DNA of 64,000 nucleotides from Leptogorgia sarmentosa (Eukaryota): NCBI GenBank assembly GCA_964658305.1, contig OZ210884.1, positions 5,332,001 to 5,396,000 of the forward strand, read 5' to 3'. Shown piece by piece: positions 12,308 to 22,411 of this stretch (position 1 is its first letter; each line of letters starts with the position of its first letter). The notes under the pieces were generated by a model. It saw only the letters and a program-made list of their open reading frames with translations, ran no database searches and was not told where the DNA came from. The position numbers and the translations under genes were made by a program.

Positions 12308-12503
12308 TTTATTCAGTTTGAACTTGGCTGAAACACCCAATAATATAATTCATTAAATTTGAGTGGTTTTATGACATTTGAGTTAACTGGAATAAAGTTT
12401 TAGTATATTTTCCGAGTTCAAAGTGACACTGAGTCAAGTCAGTTTTGCGCATCAGTTCTGTTTATAATAAAGGGAGCCCATATAAACAAGCGTATGTGCG
12501 TTA

Positions 12504-12623
12504 GGCCTAGTTCAGACGTCGAACTTTTTATGTGCCGAACCTAATGCAAATGAGCTCAAACAAAGAACTTTGCTCATTAACATTAGGTTCGGCACATGAA
12601 AAGTTCGACGTCTAAACTAGGCC
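12504..12623. mobile_element. PIF/Harbinger (Tourist-like) palindromic MITE, 120 bp
   Basis: Almost fully self-complementary (ggcctagttcagacgtcgaactttt...aaaagttcgacgtctaaactaggcc); TTA TSD on both sides. Confidence 0.8.
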
Positions 12624-13392
12624 TTAGCGAAATAATAGGGGACTGATTAAGATCTACAACGCGACCACCTCCACGACGCGCTTTCTGCGTAAAGAAATAA
12701 ATGCAGAGCAAAAACTATGCAAATATTGTGGTCCCATGGCCATTCTCAACGGCGTTGTTATCGGCACAACGTTAAAGTTATCATTACCACGTCTTCAAAG
12801 CAGAGTGAAGGCTGGCCCATGTTTACAACGTGAGCGCTGGCGGTAACTTCAAGTTGACAACAGCAACGATCGCATCCCTTCCGCTGAACCTATAGCAGTG
12901 TGAACTCTTTCATGAACAAAATTCCAACATCTATTAAAGCATAAAACGCTTAGCGCTCATATTCATTCGCTTAAGTCTCTATTGCAAAATGCAAGCTTCC
13001 CCACCAATCAATGTCGAATGGTGTTGCATAACATGCTTAGCGTATTTCGTATAGACTCGATCAATATAGTTTTGGGGCCAAAGGGGATATTTTGAGCTAT
13101 TTAAAATATAGCCGACACGAAAATGTAGAGGTTTTATAGTCGAAAACTTCAAAGGGGACAAATTCATTAAAGTGTAGTTGATGGTTTTGGCTAGAACTGC
13201 ATGTAGGTAAACCGGTTTTCGATTGTGCATAAACAACCGCATATCTGCGGTTGGTTGGATAATTTGATACCCTTTATCACCTGCTATATGCATTGTGTGG
13301 TGGATATACTATTCAGATTGAAGCCCTCACCCTTTTAAAGTGAGAAAAGAGTAACAAGTATGGAAATTATATTCCGTTTAAATATCTTTTCT

Positions 13393-15072
13393 ACTAGAAA
13401 TACATACATATATGCAGAAACCCCTCGCTTTACTAATCAATTAATGCAACTATATTTTTGGAACATGAAGTACTTCAAAGGCGGCCTGAGGTTGTTGTCA
13501 TGGCAACACGATCGGAAATTTATATTTCTGTAATTTTTTGAAAACAGTCAAAATATCAGCTTTTTTATTGGTTTTATTGGCATTTTTTTTTAATTTGGAG
13601 AACAATTTGTTATCCGTACGTAATTAGGACTAATATAAACTTAAATTTGGTGCGAAATACTACATTTATTTGCATAAAACGTTTTAATGAAATATTCAAG
13701 TCAGTCTGATATGAAACAATTTCCAGCCAATGTTCGCTCGTGTTCTTTGGGGTAAAGTTTGCAAATATTTTGTGAAGTCTTGCCTTTAAAATAATCCCCG
13801 AGCCACGGCGCGAAGCGCCGTCCGGGCGTTAGCCCGGGGCGAGGGTAATAATTCTGCACGGCGGAGTCCAAAGTTGCTCGATTTGGCGGCCATTTTGGGT
13901 TACTGTGTATGGGTGGTCATCACTGATCTCAAAATTATGCTGGACTATCATGACGAGCCGAAGCTTTTTGAAGGCTTAAAGCTTTTGGAAAGGCGAAAAT
14001 AAAGACAAGATCTACGCTGTAGGACTTGAAAAGCCTTCTCAGAAGATATAAAACGCTGAGAAAGGGGATCAAACGACTACGGATTGAAACACAAGATAAG
14101 TTCGTCAATATGTTGCCGGCAGTGAACTTTTGTTTTGCGTATTTACTATCTACAGTCTACTATTTGTATGAAAATGAAACGTCGCCGTAGCCGCATTTAA
14201 TCTAATCACGGCTCAATTCCAGAGTATAAGTTTATCGTTTTAAAGGCAATACTTCACAAAATATTTACAAACTTTACCCCAAAAGAGCACGAGCGAATAT
14301 TGGCTGGAAATTGTTTCATATCAAAGACTGACTTGTATATTTAAAACGTTTTATACAAATAAATGTAGTATTTCGCACCAAATTCAAGTTTATATTAGTC
14401 TTAATAACGTACGGATAACAAATGGTTCTCCAAATTAAAAAAAATGCCAATAAAACAAAGATAAACGCTGATATTTTGACTGTTTTCAAAAAAATACAGA
14501 AATAGGAATTTCCGATCGTGTTGCCATGACAACAACCTCAGGCAGCCTTTGAAGTACTTCATGTTCCAAAAATATAGTTGCATTAATTGGTTAGTAAGGC
14601 GAGGGGTTACTGCATTTATGTATTTCTAGTAAACTTATACTCTGGAATTGAGCCGTGAATAGATTAAATGCGGCTACGGCGACCTTTCATACAAATTAAT
14701 AGTAGACTGTAGATAGTAAATACGCAAAACAAAAGTTCACTGCCGGCAACCTATTGACGAACTTATCTTGTGTTTCAATCCGTAGTCGTTTGTTCCCCTT
14801 TCTTAGCGTTTTATATCTTCTGAGAAGGCTTTTCAAGTGTTACAGCGTGGATCTTGTCTTTGTTTTCGCCTTTCCAAAGTACCAAAAGCTTTAAAAAGCT
14901 TCGGCTCGTCATGATAGTCCACCATCATTTTGAGATCAGTGATGACCACCCATACACAGTAACCCAAAATGGCCGCCAAATCGAGCAACTTTGGACTCCC
15001 CTATGGCGGAATTATTACCCTCGCCCCGGGCTAACGCCCGGACGGCGCTTCGCGCCGTGGCTCGGGGATAAT
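13393..15072 (-). mobile_element. Outer copy of a ~840-bp non-autonomous Helentron/HINE-like element, interrupted by a second copy
   Basis: 13393-13790 plus 14631-15072 equal the reverse complement of 13791-14630. One end carries a GC-rich hairpin cluster and the other ends in CTAGT; a sub-terminal ggcgaggg motif sits near both ends. The family assignment is inference. Confidence 0.65.
13791..14630 (+). mobile_element. Inner, oppositely oriented copy of the same Helentron/HINE-like element
   Basis: Begins ataatccccgagccacggcgcgaagcgccgtccgggcgttagcccgg and ends ggcgaggggttactgcatttatgtatttctagt. Confidence 0.65.
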
Positions 15073-15411
15073 TGTCTCCTAGTGGAGGAACCGTTTTTTT
15101 ATTAGAATACGGAAGGTTGGAAAACCACATTGATGATTTCCTGTGACGTACCATACATGAGGATCTTGCTAACACCGGAAAATAACAAACCTGTTTGTTT
15201 CCCTCCGAACTTCCCAAGAACATTATTCACGGTTGACCTTCCCGTTTCGAAACCACATGCAACGTCACCATGCATCGCAGAATTCAATCTAGAAGAATTT
15301 CATTAAACGTGACGATTGAGCATCAACAATGTCTGCAGTGCATGCATCTTCGTTTCAAATAACCTGGTATCGTTTGCATGTCGAATTAAATGTGTAATTT
15401 AATCCCTAATG

Positions 15412-15575
15412 TAGACTTGCTCCAAGTCTGTCTCTTATGTGGGTTTTTTGAGGGTTATATAGGTATTAGCGCGCGAGAAAATGCGGGCGAGGAAAAATTA
15501 AGGTGGAAAATTATCTCGCGCGATAATACCTATCCCCAAAAAACCCACATAAGAGACAGACTTGGAGCAAGTCTA
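15412..15575. mobile_element. Palindromic MITE with TAG...CTA termini and a 9-bp TSD (AcademH- or Mutator-like)
   Basis: Long TIRs tagacttgctccaagtctgtctcttatgtgggtttttt and its reverse complement; flanks tccctaatg/tccccaatg. Confidence 0.75.
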
Positions 15576-16023
15576 TCCCCAATGCAGATCGAATGACACA
15601 GTGAATTGAAATCCTGTATAAAATTTAATGAATTAAATTCCACGTGTGAAACAGCTCTTCGATCAGCACTAAATCTTAAGGCCTTGGTTCGGAAATATCA
15701 TGTGACTATCACTACATTCAAAGAGATTCTTTTTTCCTGCAGTGGTGCGGAAAGAAAAGCTGACAGGATTTTTGAAATTAGAAATTCAAAACACTTCCAG
15801 TGATTGCAGAAGTTCGACTAATCAAGAAGATTAAATAGGTCATCTTTGTTTTTTTATTGCTAGTTGAATGTCGAAAAGTATTTTTTATATTTATATAGTT
15901 TAGTAATGGAACTTTCTAATATATGTAACTATTGTCGAAGATAATACAGATAGACCATTTAAGGTGGTAATAATTGGCAAAAATATGCTCAAAACTATAC
16001 TGCATGACATGCCAGACATACTA

Positions 16024-16058
16024 ATTCCCGACGAAGGCCCTTCGGCGAAACGTCGAAT
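16024..16058 (+). ncRNA. Degenerate minimal type-I hammerhead ribozyme motif (Penelope-like element remnant)
   Basis: attc-CCGACGA-ag-gcc cttc ggc-GAAA-cGTC-gaat. Stem I attc/gaat, stem II gcc/ggc, GUC cleavage triplet; the core reads CCGACGA instead of CUGANGA. Confidence 0.5.
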
Positions 16059-16604
16059 CTGTTTTATCGTTTAGGTAGTGAGATTATCCTTGAGTTGCTG
16101 CTCTTGTTCGTTACCCAGAATTAATCCGGGTGTGCGCAGCTATGTTTTTTTTTTGTATCAATATAATACATTAATCAAAATAAAAGGTTTTCATATACTT
16201 CCGTATACCGTACACAGCAACACTTTTGATGTTTTAAATAAATTAATATGTTTAGTTAATAGTTATTCATGCACAAACTGGAGGTATCTTGAATTCGATT
16301 TATCCGCCAACGGTCCAAAAACAACTGGCTATAAATGAATCAAATTCGTCCAAACTATACCTTTCATCAAGTCCTCAAGGGACTTCGAAGATCAATAGAG
16401 ACGTTTAGATTTCACTTAATTAATTATCCGGCAAAGAAATCTAAATGTCTCTATAGTATTTCCCAGCATTGAGCAACGAGCGCTTGTACTATTGCGAATG
16501 GCCTCGGCCCATTTCTTACATATATATCTGCCGTTGCAACAACCCAGCAAACACACGACGTCGTTTCGACGTCGAATTTAGGTTGATATTTGGTCGGGAC
16601 GTCG

Positions 16605-17258
16605 ATCGACTATATATCGACGTTGAATCGACGTCGATAACCTGACCTCATATCGACGTCGACAAATTGACTTCGTTTCGACGTTGAATCGACGTCGTTA
16701 ACCTGACTTGATATCGACGTCGACAAATTGACCTCGTTTCGACGTTGAATCGACGTCGTTAATCTGACCTCATATCGACGTCGACAAACTGACCTCGTTT
16801 GGACGTTGAACGACGTCGTTAACCTGACCTCATATCGACGTCGACAAATTGGCCTCGTTTCGACGTTGAATCGACGTCGTTAACCTGACCTCATATCGAC
16901 GTCGACAAATTGACCTCGTTTCGACGTTCAATCGACGTCGTTATCCTGACTTAATATCGACGTCGAAAAATTGACCTCGTTTCGACGTTCAATCGACGTC
17001 GTTATCCTGACTTAATATCGACGTCGACAAATTGACCTCGTTTCGACGTTCAATCGACGTCGTTATCCTGACTTAATATCGACGTCGACAAATTGACCTC
17101 GTTTCGACGTTCAATCGACGTCGTTATCCTGACTTAATATCGACGTCGACAAATTGACCTCGTTTCGACGTTCAAACGACGTCGTTATCCTGACTTAATA
17201 TCGACGTCGAAAAATTGACCTCGTTTCGACGTTCAATCGACGTCGTTAACCTGACCTG
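16605..17258. repeat. 61-bp tandem array (~10.5 copies) built on TCGACGTCG(A) palindromes
   Basis: Unit cgacgttgaatcgacgtcgttaacctgacctcatatcgacgtcgacaaattgacctcgttt; the register shifts by 1 nt per 60-nt line. Confidence 0.92.
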
Positions 17259-19152
17259 AACATTAAAACATACTAATTAAAAATATATATATTTACGTTT
17301 TGGGCCCTATAGCTGACGTTGAATATGGATCAGCATATTTTTATACCCCAACATACAATTGCATATCAACACTTAAGAAACTGATCTTTTGGGCAAAGTT
17401 CGTACCGACGACTACGTTTGCTATTTCAACCTTTTTCAACATGTGATTGATCGTATTTATTAAGACATTGATAGTTTTTAAATAATTTTGAATTTTTAGG
17501 TAGGGTATTTGTATAGGAAATTACTCGGTTCGAGAAGTATTAATGAAAAATTGCACGCGTGTTTGGACTTTGGCGAAATAGTAATACGAATAAGGTGTCG
17601 CGCATTCGGCCCAAACTCGGTTCGGGCCGTTCGGCTCGGCATACAATCGGCGATGATACGAGACTGAGGATCATGGGAAGTGTTGTGATAGACGCTCACA
17701 AACCGCATGTATTCAAAATTTCACACAAAGGATTTCATTGCTTGTCGTTGTTCTTGTCTTTTGGGGATAATTTCCCGTTCATTTAGTTGATTTAATTCAA
17801 GACTACAGAAAAGGTTAGTATAATATGCAACTTGTTTATTTTTATTTTGGGATATATCGCTTTATATTTCGTTCAATCAGTGTGCACTGCGATGCGCTTC
17901 GAAGTTCGAAGTGCTCGTGCTTCAAAAGTGCTGGTTCAATAAACTGAACTGGAACACTAGTGATCAGCACTATAATTCACAAAATTAATCGCTTCTACAT
18001 AAAGGTCAATTCTGTATCATATATTCTTATACTATGCTACAGAAAAGTCGATTCCTAGCTCTTGCCTCGACAATGATGTGTAACGTTTGTGTATTTGATT
18101 AGTAGAGTTACATTTTACAATCCAAATCAATCTAGTAGTTTAGTTAGACTTTGTCAGCCTGGTTTCATCAGTGATATATTAAAAACCGAGTATTTCTGCG
18201 TAGGAAATTTTTTGTTATTGATTTAGGCTGGTTTTCAATTTTTTCAAATAGAATTTCAGACAACCAACTAAGCAGACTGAGCATACAAAGAGGCAGTGGA
18301 AGCGAATTTTTTAAGAGGGGGGGGGGGCTTTAAGCAAAAAATCACTAGTTAGTAGGGTTATGCATAACTCATCTGGTTTGTTAAGCAAATAATCACTAGT
18401 CATAACTCATCAGGTTTGGCAAAAGCAATTAAGCAAACTGATTTTTTTGATATCTTTCAAAATTTGTTGACTTAAACTGGCTACAGTAGATCGAGACTAT
18501 AAACCTGAACTACAATGCCATTGCTATGCTAATTCCATACTGGCTGGCACACATATTGTGTTGAAGATGAAAATTGAGAATTACTTGCTTTCGATTAACA
18601 AAGCCATCAAAAAGATAACTGCTTAGTTATGTAGAGGGATATACTGTAGCTACATTAGAGAGACAGGCTTAATTAATTGATATTTTTCACTTATTAGAGC
18701 ACCGAAAGTGATGTTTATAAAGCAATGGGACAGATTTTAAAGTATGCTCCGGACAGGAAAGGGGGAAGTAGAAAGTCTATCTATAATCGATCATTATGGG
18801 ACATTTTTCATAATAAACATATAGTCCATACACAAGATTGATAACTGTAATCTAATTGCCAATCTTGGCAATTTTACCAAACTTGTAAGATGTTCTTTCA
18901 AATAATATCGTGGTAACAAATTAATTAACGTATAGCTAGTTGATAATAAATTAGTGCAGATAGTATAATATATATAGGTCCAAATTGGAATCGCTTAATT
19001 ACAGTTCGGTGTTTGTAAATAATCAAGTGTATTAAAGTATATAATATGTAATATGTAAGATACTGACTGAGTTCGAAAATAAATATATCATCAAAACAAA
19101 TTGCAACAGAAAATTTATTAATTTTGATCAATTTGCAACTTCGTCGCATTTT

Positions 19153-19480
19153 CCAACGTACTATCGACGTCGAAAAGTCAACGTTGAATCGACGTCGAAA
19201 CGTCAACGTTGGATCGACGTCGAAAGTCTAACGTCGATTCGATTTGCGTTTTCGACCTGTTTTTCGACGTCGTATCGACGTCGAAAAGTCAACGTTGAAT
19301 CGACGTCGAAAGTTCAACGTTGAATCGACGTCGAAAAGTTAACGTTGAATCGACGTCGAAACGTCAACGTTGAATCGACGTCGAAAGTCTAACGTCGATT
19401 CGATTTGCGTTTTCGACCTGTTTTTCGACGTCGTTTCGACGTCAGGTAGTAACGTCGATTCGACGTTGAATCGACGTCGG
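19153..19480. repeat. Right sub-terminal array of ~24-25-bp aacgttgaatcgacgtcgaaa units
   Basis: Directly visible tandem units that share the palindromic core with the left array. Confidence 0.88.
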
Positions 19481-20181
19481 TGTGCTTACTGGGAAGGAAA
19501 GCTTTTACTTAAATTAAACTCTATTATAAAGTATTTTATTACTGTCACCCTATAGAGTCGACACATTTTTCAGGCATCGACCGGTTCGAAACGCATCTAC
19601 CGCGTATCGTAGCGTATACGTATAGATATAATAACTTTCAAGCCATTTTGAAGGTAAAATGAAAGTAGAGATATACTAATTCATAACTTGGATAGATACT
19701 GCCAATACATGCACGTTAGTTTTGCCGCCAAATCGGAACTATATAGCTTCTGCGCAATTCCCGGCCAAGTTCAAACCAAAAGAGGTATTGAACCAAAATA
19801 ACAAACTTTCTGTTTGTTTGTGAAGATTGATTTTTGATTGTTAAGGTGAAGAAACGTGCACTCGTTACTAATCATCTGGACGTTTTCTACTTCAAGCGTA
19901 TCGTATCGCAACGGTGCATTTTCTTTTGTGTCGACGTCATTAGATCCACCTCACTGCTCAGGAAACAAAGACATGTATACGCCACATTTCGGCATGATTC
20001 GGTTGAAGTGGATTAGTGGAAAACGCCGGCCTTGTTACGTATGCTTCTGTCAGCACTTGCTGAGTTGCCCTTGAACCCCAAACCAATAACATATCTTATT
20101 CGGTCTCATATTTACGTCAACGGAAAAGCTTTACTTCGGCAAATAGTATGCTTATCTTTGTCGACAAGCTCGATTTTTTTC

Positions 20182-20188
20182 TATAAAA
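20182..20188 (+). promoter_or_regulatory. TATA box of secreted precursor gene B
   Basis: TATAAAA about 90 nt upstream of the ATG at 20274; homologous to 9523. Confidence 0.7.
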
Positions 20189-20273
20189 GGGCGGTTGGTG
20201 GTGCTTGAGAAATATACAAGTTTTGGCAGTTCATCAAGACAACGTCCATCAAGTTACAAGAAAAGAGAAGAAA

Positions 20274-21810
20274 ATGGCTAAATTTTTTATCTTCGCAGTT
20301 TGTGTGGCATTATTCTTCCGTGCAGGTATTTTTTATTTCGTTTCTCAGTCTGATCCTACATTTTGCAATAATTAATTTGGCATGCGCGTTGACCTATAAA
20401 CTTTGCAACTATATTATATTTTATAGTATTGGTAATTAAAAGTCTTTCTGGACCCATTATGCGATAGCGAGCAGACTATTGTGATGTATAGCACTAACTA
20501 TACTAACCTCAGCGTAAACGTTTGGAGCTCTTGCAAGCACATGTGGGCAACACTTTTCAGTCCTTCCAGACAATTTAATAGCTCGCCATTTTCTAGACTT
20601 CGTTTTGTGTTTTATTCATATAGACGACAATTTAATTACCACAACCTGATTGTATAATGAGTCAATTAATAAGTCGTCTAATAATATGTCGTCCATTTGA
20701 TTTCCCAACATTTTTAAGCGACATTAATAAATAATTATCTAGTGCCAATGATTTTTCCATGCTGATAATAAAAAACATTTTTAGAAGTGCTCAAGTTTTA
20801 TTTCGTTACCCATCTTGCCTGAATTAAGATAAGCTGACATGCATGTTCGGTAACTTCGGTTGTTCCTCATTTTAAAATTGTGCCACTAAAATATTGTATA
20901 TTTTATAATCAGATGCAAGTGTGAATGAGACAATGGAGATAAGAATCTCCAATCCCAACTTCAGTGGAATGTCTTCTCAACAACTTCAGACTCTCATTGA
21001 GCGAGCTAATCTAACAAGTTTGGGTTACAGAAAAATTACGGAGACGAAGACGGAAACTGATTTTGAAACAGGTTAGTCAACTCAGTTCTTTGTCTATTCA
21101 TTGAGTTGAAAATATGGCCAGTGTACGTGTAGGTAGCGGATAAAGACATCAAGTAGCATAGAAAATTCTACTCACTTTCTGTAAACACTACTAACAGTAT
21201 GATTACAGAATACTTGGCATGTATTCTCAGGGAACAGCAGGCTCAATCTTTTTCATAGGACTTTTCATAAAAAATCAAATTCACTGCGCATACGTATATA
21301 TAGTTTTCTGACAATTTGAGATCATACAAGTGGGAGACAGTGATTCGCTAAATTTGACGAACTTTAATGGTCATGGAAATCCTGTATTAACCGTCACGAC
21401 ATTTTAGGCTTTTCCCCACTTGATTAGAAATCAGAAAGTTACGCCAATATTATAAGCATTCTTGGAGCAACTAAAATGATACTGTTTCGCATTAATTAAA
21501 TCTAGCTTTACCAGTTAAGAAAGAAGCAGTGAAATATTTGAAGGAAATGCGTTGTGATGAAGTAGCTGAAGCTGAAGAAAAATTGCAAAGTCTTCTTCCT
21601 GGAATTCTTAGTGATGAAGTCTCTACAAGAGTAAAATTTGAAATTCAAAATCGAAATATCAAAAGCGATGCAACGTGTATTACTGGTATCGAGCTTCATC
21701 TGAAAACTAAACAATATCACAGAGCAAGACGTGGAGCCGCTGGACTTGATGATACTGTAGTAATAATAAAAGATGGTGATACAATTGTGATAATAATAGT
21801 AAAAGACTAA
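20274..21810 (+). CDS. Secreted prepropeptide, paralog B (uncharacterised): signal peptide, prodomain, furin site, Val/Ile/Asp-rich C-terminal peptide
   Basis: Exons 20274-20325, 20913-21071 and 21506-21810 (alternative acceptor at 21515) give MAKFFIFAVCVALFFRADASVNETMEIRISNPNFSG...DFETALPVKKEAVKYLKEMRCDE...TCITGIELHLKTKQYHRARR|GAAGLDDTVVIIKDGDTIVIIIVKD*. Confidence 0.85.
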
Positions 21811-22165
21811 AAGATCGTCGAAAATGGTCCTAAATAGGCCGAATGGCATGCAATGACAACAAACGTGTGAAGTTACAAAATGACAATTATTAGATATATA
21901 GCATAAAATGATTCTGACAACAAGATGAAATTGTATTCTGCGACTTGAGTAAAGTATGTGTTTCCATTTCAAAAATTGATGTCGTTATGTAGTGGTTAAA
22001 GACCAATTAAATTTCGACAAACAGTTGTTTAGTATATGGCCTCTAGCTACCAGCCTTTTTTCACACACATATACAGTATACAGCCAGGGTGTCCCCAAAA
22101 AACGTAATCTGCAAGAAATTTAATTAATCATACATTCGATGAAATTTTTATTCACAATAATTTAA

Positions 22166-22411
22166 AGGTGCCCTCCACTCATAATGTAAACAAATGCTTT
22201 GTTGACATTTTGAACAGCTATATTTGTAAAATATGATAATACTAACAGCATATCTAACGCTGTTTTGGTTTGCTATGGTCATAAATGGATATAAACCAGA
22301 GTTTTGATTCAAAAAAAGTTCGGAACATTACAAAATTTTTGCAATGTTATATCTGGGGGTCCCGATTTGTTATGAGCAGAACCGATGCGCAGAACGGAGT
22401 GGACATCACCT
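22166..22411. mobile_element. MITE with a TTAA target site (Kolobok-like)
   Basis: TIRs aggtgccctccactc/gagtggacatcacct, with TTAA on both sides. Confidence 0.65.

Larger units (their letters stand above)
16543..19493. mobile_element. Non-autonomous CMC/EnSpm-like DNA transposon, 2951 bp, with sub-terminal tandem arrays
   Basis: Imperfect TIRs cccagcaaacacacgacgtcg/cgacgtcggtgtgcttactggg; 2-bp TSD AA (16541-16542 and 19494-19495); TCGACGTCGA-rich arrays at both ends; no transposase ORF. Confidence 0.75.

Noticed and set aside
12979..13293. 104-aa minus-strand ORF
   Set aside because: No recognisable domain; it sits between transposon fragments.
16605..17258. Palindromic 61-bp array as a CRISPR or attC-type array
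   Set aside because: The intervening sequences are near-identical, and the array is explained as the sub-terminal repeat of a TIR element with an AA TSD.
21508..21972. 154-aa minus-strand ORF (and the similar 10704-11024)
   Set aside because: Antisense to exon 3 of the precursor genes. The plus strand has the TATA box, signal peptide and conserved splice sites.
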